Program-made: the position numbers and the translations under genes | In this document: piece by piece, positions 8,338 to 16,937 of the stretch | How positions within the stretch are numbered: position 1 is the first letter of the stretch | Layout of the letters: each line of letters begins with the position of its first letter | Notes under the pieces: generated by a model | The model's input: the letters and a program-made list of their open reading frames with translations, nothing else | What the model was told of the DNA's origin: nothing | Databases searched by the model: none | Source of the DNA: a virus | Taxonomy: Duplodnaviria; Caudoviricetes | DNA length: 55,073 nucleotides | Reading direction: 5' to 3' (one strand) | IMG/VR virus record: IMGVR_UViG_3300042469_000249 | Coordinates: 1 to 55,073 of that record

Positions 8338-9570
8338 ATGAAAAAAGTCCCAATAGCACGAAAGAGTGAAGCGGCAGCACTCTCATTAATCGCAATCGAC
8401 AGAAACATACTTTCCCAACAAACATGGGATAGTGGTTATTTCGCCATAAACGCCAACAGGCTCGTCTTTGATGCCCTCCAAGGGGTTCACCAGCGGACAG
8501 GAGTTTGCTGCCCGTTCTCAGCCATTGCTGAGTTGGAAGCTACCAGCAATCTCGAAGCGGCTGGTGGTGAAGATGGAGTCCATCAGATTCTATCCACGAT
8601 GAACGTAGCATCTGGAAAGGTTTGTCAGGACATGGCAGACGATTACCGCAAGCATCTACATCGCACCAAATCCTACCGAGATGTAATTACTTTGATGGAG
8701 AAGGAAGAGCCAAATCTACGGACAGGTAAAGCAAATCTAAAGGAATTATCGGAAACGATAATGAAGTGCGCCGAGGATCGGACGAACAAAGTGAAACCAG
8801 TTAAAGACCTAATCATCGAAATCATTGATGAGATGGAAGGAAAGGTAAAAGAAGAAGTCTATCCTACTGGATTAATAAAACTGGATCGTGCGCTCAAGGG
8901 TGGGATGCACAAAGGAGAGATGATGACAGTAGCTTCAGAGACTGGTGGTGGTAAATCCATCTACCTCGTCCAAGCTGCACTTGCAAATCTCTTGGATGGC
9001 AAGTCAGTTCTGTTCTTCAGCCTTGAAATGAAAGCTAAAGACATCCTAACTCGCATGGCTTGTAATATCGCAGGCTATCCAGTGAGAGAACCAGAAGAAT
9101 ACAAGACAGTAAACAAAGATGAACTCGCCAAAATCAGTGCCGCATTGTTGAAATTACACCAGTTGCCCCTTGAAATCGTGGACGGCATAGCTGAAATTGA
9201 CGAGATTGAGGCCAATATCAACCGATACACAGGGGAAAATCGGGCAGATATTATTGTCGTAGATTACCTGCAAATTATCTCATTTGATGGTGTAGAAAGC
9301 AGAGAAGGGCAGTTATCCGAGATTGCAAGGCGTTTAAAACTGGTAGCACTGAAGAATAATGTGATTGTTTTGACTGCTTCACAGCTAAATGACGAGGGAA
9401 GACTGCGTGAATCACGGGCAATTGGAATGCACTCTGACCAAGTAGTGTATATTGAGCATATCAAGGAGAAAAGTAGGCTCACGGTGAAGAAAAACCGCCG
9501 TGGCGCGAGGAATTACACCACAGAAATCATCATGCGTGGAGATATTTCAAAACTTGAGGAGGTTTATTGA
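8338..9570 (+). CDS. dnaB: Replicative DNA helicase, DnaB family
   Basis: ASETGGGKS, FFSLEM, VVDYLQ, ASQLN, LRESRAI, KNRRG motifs. Confidence 0.93.
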   Translation: MKKVPIARKSEAAALSLIAIDRNILSQQTWDSGYFAINANRLVFDALQGVHQRTGVCCPFSAIAELEATSNLEAAGGEDGVHQILSTMNVASGKVCQDMADDYRKHLHRTKSYRDVITLMEKEEPNLRTGKANLKELSETIMKCAEDRTNKVKPVKDLIIEIIDEMEGKVKEEVYPTGLIKLDRALKGGMHKGEMMTVASETGGGKSIYLVQAALANLLDGKSVLFFSLEMKAKDILTRMACNIAGYPVREPEEYKTVNKDELAKISAALLKLHQLPLEIVDGIAEIDEIEANINRYTGENRADIIVVDYLQIISFDGVESREGQLSEIARRLKLVALKNNVIVLTASQLNDEGRLRESRAIGMHSDQVVYIEHIKEKSRLTVKKNRRGARNYTTEIIMRGDISKLEEVY

Positions 9571-9764
9571 TGACAACTGACCAAGCATATGGAAAAGCGT
9601 TGAAATATTTGGAGGCGGCTAACACAATTTGGGAATCTCAAGACAAGGAAAGGTATTGCATTGCAGAGAACTATCACAATGAAGGAGTAAAAATCATGAA
9701 TCAGTATTTTTCTGAAACAAAAATATTGACAGAGATACAAGATATTGACAATATGCTGCCATGA
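9567..9764 (+). CDS. Hypothetical protein
   Basis: Translationally coupled ORF. Confidence 0.6.
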   Translation: MMTTDQAYGKALKYLEAANTIWESQDKERYCIAENYHNEGVKIMNQYFSETKILTEIQDIDNMLP

Positions 9765-10210
9765 ACGACACACCAGAAACTGAAGCTGCAGTAATTGCAT
9801 CTGGTGGCGATTGGTCACCAGTATTGCGTGAGACTTGCCGCCGACTTGAGCGTCAACGAGACGAATATTATAACAAAGCCATGACGAATGCTGGTTTAAT
9901 TTTAGACGCAAGAGCAGAGCGCGACGAGGCGCGGGAGCATTTGAGAGAAATAAAAGAATACGGCACGGATGAAATCAACGCTGCCGTAGAACTTCGCCAG
10001 AAACTTGCTCAGGCTCTTGTTGATTTGGATAATATGCAAGACCAACGCGATCTTGCAATGAAAGTGATAACACGTCTTAAACAAGAACGCGACGAGGTGC
10101 GGGAGGTGTTTTGGGAGATGTGGCAATCTGGAGATGCTTTTTTACCTCACGTTGACGAAGAAACAACAAACCGCTGGCGCAAGGCCGCTGGATGGGAAGA
10201 AACAAAATGA
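9761..10210 (+). CDS. Coiled-coil hypothetical protein (TPET / ERDEAR repeats)
   Basis: ATGA overlap with the upstream gene; repeated ERDEAR-like units. Confidence 0.7.
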   Translation: MNDTPETEAAVIASGGDWSPVLRETCRRLERQRDEYYNKAMTNAGLILDARAERDEAREHLREIKEYGTDEINAAVELRQKLAQALVDLDNMQDQRDLAMKVITRLKQERDEVREVFWEMWQSGDAFLPHVDEETTNRWRKAAGWEETK

Positions 10211-10383
10211 GCAGACCTACACCAGAGACGGATGCGGAGGCTTGGATTGAAACTGACCGGGCAAACGCTGTAGTCTTTGCAAAATTCGCTCGCGGTATGG
10301 AACGCGAACGCGACGAGGCGAGGAAACAAATTGATGATTATAGAGAACGACACGATTTACTTCCAATAAGTTGGGAACTTTAA
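10207..10383 (+). CDS. Short paralog of the TPET / ERDEAR protein
   Basis: ATGA overlap; TPETDA...ERERDEAR. Confidence 0.6.
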   Translation: MSRPTPETDAEAWIETDRANAVVFAKFARGMERERDEARKQIDDYRERHDLLPISWEL

Positions 10384-10388
10384 ACACT

Positions 10389-10718
10389 ATGATAAACTCA
10401 AGAGCTAAAGGAGCAAGAGGCGAGAGGCAGTGGAGGGATCAACTCCGTGCAGAAGGTTACACAGCTAAACGAGGTCAGCAATTTGCAGGAGGACAAGACT
10501 CGCCAGATGTGGTATGTGAAGAACTAAAAGGTAAACTCCACTTTGAAGTAAAGTGTGTTCAGAATTTGAATTTAGATAAAGCTTGCGAACAGGCCGAGCG
10601 AGATGCTAATGGCATTGCTTGGGCAGTGGCTCACAAAAAAAACAATAAGAACTGGAAGGTAACAATCCCTGCCGACTTGTTCTTTAAACTTCTCAGGGAT
10701 GGAATTGATGGATTATGA
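10389..10718 (+). CDS. Holliday junction resolvase-like PD-(D/E)xK nuclease
   Basis: SRAKGARGER...SPDVVC...HFEVK. Confidence 0.75.
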   Translation: MINSRAKGARGERQWRDQLRAEGYTAKRGQQFAGGQDSPDVVCEELKGKLHFEVKCVQNLNLDKACEQAERDANGIAWAVAHKKNNKNWKVTIPADLFFKLLRDGIDGL

Positions 10719-10900
10719 AACCAACAACTAAAGTAGGTAAGGCCGCAAAGGTGGCTAAGGTAATGAAAGAATACAAGGCTGGCAAACTGAAAGCTGGCAT
10801 CAACCCCAAAGGCCCAAAGAAAGCACCAATGGCTAAGAGCCGTAAACAAGCCGTAGCAATCGCACTTTCACAAGCAGGAATGTCTAAAAAGAAAAAATGA
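10715..10900 (+). CDS. Small Lys-rich basic protein
   Basis: KVAKVMKEYKAGKL...SRKQAVAIALSQAG. Confidence 0.75.
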   Translation: MKPTTKVGKAAKVAKVMKEYKAGKLKAGINPKGPKKAPMAKSRKQAVAIALSQAGMSKKKK

Positions 10901-11043
10901 AAACTGGACTCTACGCAAATATCGCAGCAAAGAAAAAACGCATCGCTGCGGGAAGCGGTGAGAAGATGAGGAAGGTTGGCAGCAAAGGCGCACCAACTGC
11001 AAAAGCATTTAAACAATCAGCAAAAACAGCAAAGAAAAAATGA
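10897..11043 (+). CDS. Small Lys-rich basic protein, 48 aa (not in ORF track)
   Basis: MKTGLYANIAAKKKRIAAGSGEKMRKVGSKGAPTAKAFKQSAKTAKKK; ATGA overlaps at both ends. Confidence 0.75.
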   Translation: MKTGLYANIAAKKKRIAAGSGEKMRKVGSKGAPTAKAFKQSAKTAKKK

Positions 11044-11162
11044 AAAAAGAAAACGGGAAAAAATGTTGTAAGAAAGACAAAAGTTGCAGCAAAAAAATGC
11101 ACGAAAAAATGGAGTCTAAAGCCATGAAGAACATGGAACGTAAGCGCGGCAAGAAATCCTAA
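11040..11162 (+). CDS. Small Lys/Met-rich basic protein, 40 aa (not in ORF track)
   Basis: MKKENGKKCCKKDKSCSKKMHEKMESKAMKNMERKRGKKS; ATGA overlap. Confidence 0.6.
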   Translation: MKKENGKKCCKKDKSCSKKMHEKMESKAMKNMERKRGKKS

Positions 11163-11185
11163 TTATAACAAAGTTAGTATAGTTT

Positions 11186-11428
11186 ATGGAAAAGCGATTC
11201 ACGAAAATAGTTAAGAACCCAAAGACTGGCAGGACTAAGACGGTTAAGTATGGTCAAGCAGGTAAAACTAAAGATGGTAAGGATCGTATTCAGCCACTCA
11301 CAAAAAAAGCAGATGCCTACTGTGCCCGTTCAGCTAAGATCAAAGGCGATTGGAAGTCCGACCCTAACAGTCCAAACCGACTTTCACGCCGCAAATGGAA
11401 ATGCAAGGGAAGCAAGTCAATGAAATGA
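11186..11428 (+). CDS. Small basic protein
   Basis: KTVKYGQAG...AYCARS...SPNRLSRRKWKC. Confidence 0.75.
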   Translation: MEKRFTKIVKNPKTGRTKTVKYGQAGKTKDGKDRIQPLTKKADAYCARSAKIKGDWKSDPNSPNRLSRRKWKCKGSKSMK

Positions 11429-11595
11429 AAGTTAACGGAAAAGAAATGGAAGGTAATGTCAAGGGTGACGATGCCAGAGTAGGATGGAAGTATCCATTAA
11501 ACTCAAAACAAATTAGTAGAGCTTGCGAAGACTTCTTCAAAAAGCGAGGTATTAAACAATACAATCTTTGCGGAAAAGTAAAAAAAACTAAATGA
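11425..11595 (+). CDS. Hypothetical protein
   Basis: ATGA-coupled ORF (MKVNGKEMEG...). Confidence 0.55.
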   Translation: MKVNGKEMEGNVKGDDARVGWKYPLNSKQISRACEDFFKKRGIKQYNLCGKVKKTK

Positions 11596-11846
11596 TTTGT
11601 CCAAAATGTGACTCACTTACTCAGGTCATCAATAGCAGAAAGAAAGATGGCAATGTAGTAAGAAGGAGACTTTGCGCCTGCGGAGAAAGGTTCTCAACTA
11701 AAGAAGTAATTGTAGACTCCAAGCAAGTTAACTTCAAGAAAGTAATCAAAGCCCTGTCCATGACTAAAGCGGATACAGGAGAGTGGACAATCAAAGTAGA
11801 TGAAGACACGCCCACATGGGCAAAAAAGATGTTACTTAACCTATGA
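11592..11846 (+). CDS. NrdR-like N-terminal zinc-ribbon protein
   Basis: MICPKC...VINSR...RRRLCACGERFSTKE; no ATP-cone. Confidence 0.7.
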   Translation: MICPKCDSLTQVINSRKKDGNVVRRRLCACGERFSTKEVIVDSKQVNFKKVIKALSMTKADTGEWTIKVDEDTPTWAKKMLLNL

Positions 11847-11865
11847 GTATCGGTAACGATAACCT

Positions 11866-12108
11866 ATGAATATTTTTCACGAACTATTAACAAGTCAGCT
11901 TGAGTTAGAATATTTAAAAAACCATATTCTAAATATTCTACCAGCATTTGGGGAACAAATGAAAAAAGGTAGAAAAGAAAAAAAGATAACAATTAGACAA
12001 CTATGCGAATCATTGGATATAAGTATAGGATTCTATTGTGACTTGGAGCGCGGCGCAAGGAAGCCATCTATAGAACTAATGCGTAAAATAGAAAAACTAC
12101 TTTTGTGA
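11866..12108 (+). CDS. XRE-family HTH regulator
   Basis: KKGRKEKKITIRQLCESLDISIGFYCDLERGARKPS. Confidence 0.75.
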   Translation: MNIFHELLTSQLELEYLKNHILNILPAFGEQMKKGRKEKKITIRQLCESLDISIGFYCDLERGARKPSIELMRKIEKLLL

Positions 12109-12244
12109 ACTGGGATGAAAAATCTCGCAAGTCTTTGGAAAAGCATAAAAAAATGTCGCACACATACGTAGGGAAATTGAAAATACTCAGTAGGGAGAAC
12201 CCAAAAAAAAATCAATTTGTCGCACATATAAAGGAGGGGAATGT

Positions 12245-12757
12245 ATGAATTGGGATGAATACGCAATGAGTATAGCAGAGGTAGTGGCTAAGAAGAGTAA
12301 AGACCCGTGGAGGAAGGTAGGAGCAGTAATCCTTAGAGAAGACAACTCTATAGCCTCAGTAGGATATAATGGGTTCCCTCAAGGTGTAGAAGAAGACTGG
12401 TCATCCAGAGAAGAGAGATCAAAATTCGTAGTCCATGCGGAACAGAACGCACTCAGGTATACTCAACCCGGAGAAGGAAAGACACTGGTCTGCACCACCC
12501 TGCCATGTAGAGACTGCCTAAAGGCCATAGCCACCTATAAGATAAAGAGAGTCCTCTACAAAGATATCTACCAAACCGATCCTATAGCACTGGAAATAGC
12601 AGAAAAAATGGGAGTCACACTAATCCAATTTACAAAAGAAAAACTCTCCTCACACTGGGATCACTCAACAAAACCATCCTTTTTCGTAGTGAAAAAGGGG
12701 CAAGAGGAAATCTATCGCGGAACCTACCCAGACGGAGCAAAGATACTCGGTATATGA
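12245..12757 (+). CDS. dCMP deaminase (cytidine deaminase family)
   Basis: SKDP..KVGAV, GYNG, HAEQNAL and PCRDC zinc-binding motifs. Confidence 0.9.
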   Translation: MNWDEYAMSIAEVVAKKSKDPWRKVGAVILREDNSIASVGYNGFPQGVEEDWSSREERSKFVVHAEQNALRYTQPGEGKTLVCTTLPCRDCLKAIATYKIKRVLYKDIYQTDPIALEIAEKMGVTLIQFTKEKLSSHWDHSTKPSFFVVKKGQEEIYRGTYPDGAKILGI

Positions 12758-12950
12758 CAGACCAAATCATGGCCCTCATTCTCGCTTGGTCGATCATAGT
12801 AGCCTGCTTCATCATAGAGATGATAACCAAGAAATAATTTGAGATGCAATAACGTGGTATTGTGGCGGATAACTCTTGGCGGGGTTTATCTGGTTAAAGT
12901 GAACACCATTCCTGTAACCACATAAAACAGGAACTCTCATTACTAATAAT

Positions 12951-13133
12951 ATGAACCGAGAACAAGAAATACTCCAACTAATCAAAGATACAGTAGATAA
13001 ATTCAAATCTGAAGATGAACACAAGGACAGGATGTTCAATCTTGGAGAAATAAACGATACCAAGGGAAACAGACAAAGGGTATGGCTAACCTTCACATCG
13101 ACTATTATGCCACTCAAAAATAGAGAACTCTAA
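12951..13133 (+). CDS. Hypothetical protein
   Basis: 60-aa ORF with an A-rich leader. Confidence 0.5.
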   Translation: MNREQEILQLIKDTVDKFKSEDEHKDRMFNLGEINDTKGNRQRVWLTFTSTIMPLKNREL

Positions 13134-14180
13134 TTATCGTTAACGATAACCAAGTAGACTCCAGCATATGTGAACATCTGTTAATAGATTTCTATTGACA
13201 TACAAAAAGGCAGTTTTTCTGTGGAGAGGGGTTTTCCGCATTGGGAGTTGTCGCGCATGGGTGCATGGGGCAGGGGGCGGGCGGGGTCGAGCCTCACAGA
13301 AAAAAGAGATTCCTTAGGCTCACGGCCTGCCTATGCTGTGCGCTGTGCTATGCTCATAGTATAGTGAAGCATGGCCAGCGTGCGGCGTGCAGCATGATCG
13401 AGTGATGCGTTGCTTTGCTTATTGAGACAACGAATGCCGCGACTATCGACGCTATGTCATTATGTGATGTTATCAATCTCAACAAGGATCATGGTATAAT
13501 GCAAGTCAGTTGCAATAATCTTTGCGCTACGTTGGCGTAGGATGCGTTTGAATTGAACGAGCGGTGTGATGACATGGGGAGAAATTGGGTGCAATCGCTG
13601 TTTGATTGGGACGCTGGAAAATGGCAATCGCTATTTGAGAGAATAGCCAGAAGAGTGATTTTGATTTACTGTGACATTCGCGCAATAAGCTTTTCTGTAT
13701 ATGGCGAGACATCGCTTTTCTCGTTATCGTGACACCGATAAATTCCCATACTCTGGATACATCGATGAATCGTTATATCGTTATATAGCGATATATCGAT
13801 ATTGTCTCTCATATCATCATATCTTGATATGTTTATATGTTCCCTGCTTTGCTTGTCATATCTTCATATCTTGATTCTTTGATATGTTCATTGCCTTGTC
13901 TTATTCCATATCTGATATGGCAAGTATCGTTGTGTAGCGATAGAGCGATGGCACAAGATTTGCTTATGCTGCCTGAAAAAAAATCAAATTAGGCATTGCC
14001 AAAAATACAAGATGTAGTATCTTTATCTCTGTTGCGTCCGCTATGCCGCTTGTGTAGCAGGTTTGCGGGTGAATCAACGAATGATCTTTGAGATAAAAAA
14101 ACTTTTCGCACTGGCTGATTGTCAGTGTCGAAACAATACAAACCTTGGATGCTTTCGAGCATTCACAAATAGAAAAACCC
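13134..14180. other. About 1-kb non-coding region, candidate genome terminus / packaging and early control region
   Basis: No credible ORF; G-rich tract at about 13259-13288; ATATC/GATAT-rich repeats at 13757-13920; precedes a cluster of small early-type genes. Confidence 0.45.
13809..13902 (+). repeat. Imperfect 47-bp tandem repeat
   Basis: TCATATCATCATATCTTGAT...TATGTTC at 13809 and TCATATCTTCATATCTTGAT...TATGTTC at 13856. Confidence 0.6.
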
Positions 14181-14181
14181 T

Positions 14182-14454
14182 ATGACATACAAATACGCTA
14201 TGACCTCAAAAGGCATGACACAGAAATACAGCATGACAATAAAAGCCGTGACACATAAGACAACGGGAGATCGTTTCCTTTGTGTTGATGAGGGGTTGAT
14301 TCCAATTGGAATCGCTTCCATGTGCATTGACCCTCGCATTTCTGGCTTTGAAATCAAATGCACGGAGTGCCGAGTAAAGTATCCTGTGCGCGATTTGAAT
14401 GAAGGCGGGTATTGTGAATCCTGCGTGAATGCCGACTTTGAATCCTGTGAATAG
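14182..14454 (+). CDS. Early hypothetical protein with CxxC...CxxC zinc finger
   Basis: CTEC...YCESC. Confidence 0.55.
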   Translation: MTYKYAMTSKGMTQKYSMTIKAVTHKTTGDRFLCVDEGLIPIGIASMCIDPRISGFEIKCTECRVKYPVRDLNEGGYCESCVNADFESCE

Positions 14455-14553
14455 ACAACTCTATGCGCTGAAGATCAAACTTGCGTCTATGACCGATGCA
14501 AAAAAGATTCACGCGCTTCAACTCAAAATACAACAATTAGAAAAAACCCAAAA

Positions 14554-14904
14554 ATGAAAATGACACTGAACACATACCAAATTGCGGATGCACTCAAAAA
14601 CGACACTTGCGCCCGTTGGTCTTATAATGGCTCACTTGCCCTTGCTGAACACTTGGAAGAATACGAAGAGAGCACGGGGGAACAGTTAGAGTTGGACGTG
14701 TGCGCGATTCGTTGCGACTTCTCCGAATATGCCAGCCTTTTAGACTGGGCGAATGATTATTTCTCTAATGCTCTGGAGGAACTGGGATTCGATGAAACGG
14801 AAGAGAATGACGATGACGACGTTGATTCTAAAATCCGCGATTACATTCAAGAACACGGTCAATTGATCGAATTCAACGGCGGAATCATTGTTTCCTCATT
14901 CTAA
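14554..14904 (+). CDS. Highly acidic early protein (possible DNA mimic / antirestriction)
   Basis: D/E-rich 116-aa ORF in the early cluster; the function is inferred. Confidence 0.55.
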   Translation: MKMTLNTYQIADALKNDTCARWSYNGSLALAEHLEEYEESTGEQLELDVCAIRCDFSEYASLLDWANDYFSNALEELGFDETEENDDDDVDSKIRDYIQEHGQLIEFNGGIIVSSF

Positions 14905-15057
14905 TCTAATCGCGGCAAGTTCAACCCTTCGCCGCTTTCCTTCTTATTTTATGAATAAATTATCCTCTTCTCTTCAATACAACAAAGCAAAGTCCCGCTT
15001 CTTTAGCCTTTTGCTTATCCTCTCCACGCTTGGCGCAATCCTGATATTTCAAATCCT

Positions 15058-15258
15058 ATGAATTACTTAGAAATAACCTCACTTTATGACTTAGGCAACC
15101 TCTCACAGTTTGAATTTATTGATCTGTTAGAAAAGCGATGGATTGTTTTAGATCGAAAGATCAAATCCTGCACGTCTGGCGATTCCACATGGAATGACTT
15201 TCAATTCTGGAAAAGCGAATGGCATGACATTGACGATTTACTCAAAAAATTAGTTTAA
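15058..15258 (+). CDS. Hypothetical protein
   Basis: 66-aa ORF. Confidence 0.5.
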   Translation: MNYLEITSLYDLGNLSQFEFIDLLEKRWIVLDRKIKSCTSGDSTWNDFQFWKSEWHDIDDLLKKLV

Positions 15259-15435
15259 TCCTCTCCACTGTGCGGGCGATGTTCAATCCATGCCTGCTCA
15301 TATTTGCCTTCTGCCGCGCTTTTCCTATCTTTCCGCACCCTATGCACCATTTTCAATCTTCGCGCTCCACAAGAGGCATGATCGTTTCCGATAATTTTCC
15401 CCTCCATAACACCAACACAACACAAAAACCAACTA

Positions 15436-15708
15436 ATGAATAACACACTCCACAATCGCCAGTTCCCTCTTGGAATAATACACAATGATGATAAGCTTAT
15501 TGTCATTACTTCACAAGGGACGCACTACGCGACAACATATGATCCCTCTGCCGCTCGTTTAATCTCCTCCGCACCGGATTTGCTGGAAGCATTGCGCTTT
15601 CTATTGGCCGATTATATCGCAATTGAGGGCGAACGTTTGACTGGTTCAGATGCTCCTTTGAAAATGGCACTCTCCGCAATCGCCAAAGCAGAAGGGAGGG
15701 TAAAATGA
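15436..15708 (+). CDS. Hypothetical early protein (ARLIxxAPDLLEAL motif)
   Basis: AARLISSAPDLLEAL...ALSAIAKAEG, a motif common in phage early genes; AC-rich leader. Confidence 0.75.
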   Translation: MNNTLHNRQFPLGIIHNDDKLIVITSQGTHYATTYDPSAARLISSAPDLLEALRFLLADYIAIEGERLTGSDAPLKMALSAIAKAEGRVK

Positions 15709-15926
15709 TTCAGAAGCTAATTTTTCCCGGTGGTATTTTCTCGCCGGGGTCATTCGCACTCCACAAGATCAAAGGCAAGTTTACGGGAAAATGCTCGGCG
15801 TGGTATGACTCAGAAGGAAATATGACAGATTGCGAATGGATTCGCAAAGATGGAAGGGTCTGCATTATCCCTCCACATAAGCCTATGTATCGGTTTCTGG
15901 AATCCTTGGGGCCAATCTGGAAATGA
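15705..15926 (+). CDS. Hypothetical protein
   Basis: ATGA/stop overlap with the upstream gene. Confidence 0.55.
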   Translation: MIQKLIFPGGIFSPGSFALHKIKGKFTGKCSAWYDSEGNMTDCEWIRKDGRVCIIPPHKPMYRFLESLGPIWK

Positions 15927-15948
15927 TTTCACAAATGCGGGGTTAGTT

Positions 15949-16545
15949 CTAACCTTCCCCGCTTTCGACTATGGTTGCCAATTCCGATTCGTTTTCCAAG
16001 TCCTCCGCTCCACGGACATATTCAGCGGATACAATTTCAATCTTATCGGCTTTCGTTGGGCCTGTCACATGAAGATTTATCATCGCATTTACGCTTAAGC
16101 CTTTCTTATCGTGCATATTATTCTCATCCAGTCCCAATGCCCTCGTTGCCAGTTTCTCGTATTCCGCGAGGACATCCAGACGTTGAGATTGTTCTTTGAT
16201 GTTCCCCGTTTTGTGTCTCTCCTCAATCTGTTTTCTCTCCGCCGCAATCTCGCGCAGCATAAAGGTGTAATGGTTAGCGGTTTCCACTACCATCAAGTCT
16301 TCAAGCTTAGGCGCAACCACATTCGCCACTTGTTCTCTCAATCTCTTTCGCTTCTCAATCCACTTGTTTTTGACCATGCAATTTTTGAGATAAAAGCGCG
16401 ACATTTGCGCGAACTCAGGAAGCTTGAGAATGTCCGACATCTCAGCCCCACCCATGAATAAGGTTTCAATCTTTTCCATGTCCCATTTTTTCCGACCCTT
16501 TCCACGGCCTAACTTTTCGACTGGCGTTTCTGGCGTTTTGTTCAT
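15949..16545 (-). CDS. Putative terminase small subunit-like protein
   Basis: N-terminal HTH-like segment (WDMEKIETLFMGG..MSDI), central helices, acidic tail; own TTGACA promoter near 16575; no other TerS candidate. Confidence 0.45.
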   Translation of the reverse strand: MNKTPETPVEKLGRGKGRKKWDMEKIETLFMGGAEMSDILKLPEFAQMSRFYLKNCMVKNKWIEKRKRLREQVANVVAPKLEDLMVVETANHYTFMLREIAAERKQIEERHKTGNIKEQSQRLDVLAEYEKLATRALGLDENNMHDKKGLSVNAMINLHVTGPTKADKIEIVSAEYVRGAEDLENESELATIVESGEG

Positions 16546-16614
16546 ATTTTTATATTGTCAAAACCCTGATAGATTGTCAAATAAATTTCCCTCCACAACA
16601 CAACCAAACCTAAA

Positions 16615-16752
16615 ATGAAAATAACACCAAACATCACAAAAACAGAATCCACCTGCCTACCTCCAGAAGCCTATATTCGACTCTGGAATGCTGCCGCCAA
16701 ACAATCCAAAGGCCCAAAAATTCAATCCACCGTTTACCCTACAAAAAAATGA
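16615..16752 (+). CDS. Small hypothetical protein, 45 aa (not in ORF track)
   Basis: MKITPNITKTESTCLPPEAYIRLW...; AC-rich leader; ATGA overlap with the next gene. Confidence 0.5.
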   Translation: MKITPNITKTESTCLPPEAYIRLWNAAAKQSKGPKIQSTVYPTKK

Positions 16753-16937
16753 GAACATTTACCCTACACAAACAGAAGCCAGTATTCCGTATCAAGAACA
16801 CTCCACTCTCTGGCGAGTCAGTGAAGCGGGAGTTAATGGAAGCATTGGAAGCAGTCTTGGATTGCTACGGAGATGGCGATACTCTCCTGATGATGCAATG
16901 CCGCGCAGCTTTAGATAGAGCGAGGAGGAACCCATGA
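16749..16937 (+). CDS. Hypothetical protein
   Basis: ATGA-coupled at both ends. Confidence 0.6.
   Translation: MRTFTLHKQKPVFRIKNTPLSGESVKRELMEALEAVLDCYGDGDTLLMMQCRAALDRARRNP

Noticed and set aside
11592-11846. True nrdR repressor
   Set aside because: Only the zinc ribbon is present; no ATP-cone and no ribonucleotide reductase genes
14912-15962. tRNA genes
   Set aside because: Only T-loop-like hairpins; no D-arm, anticodon arm or acceptor stem
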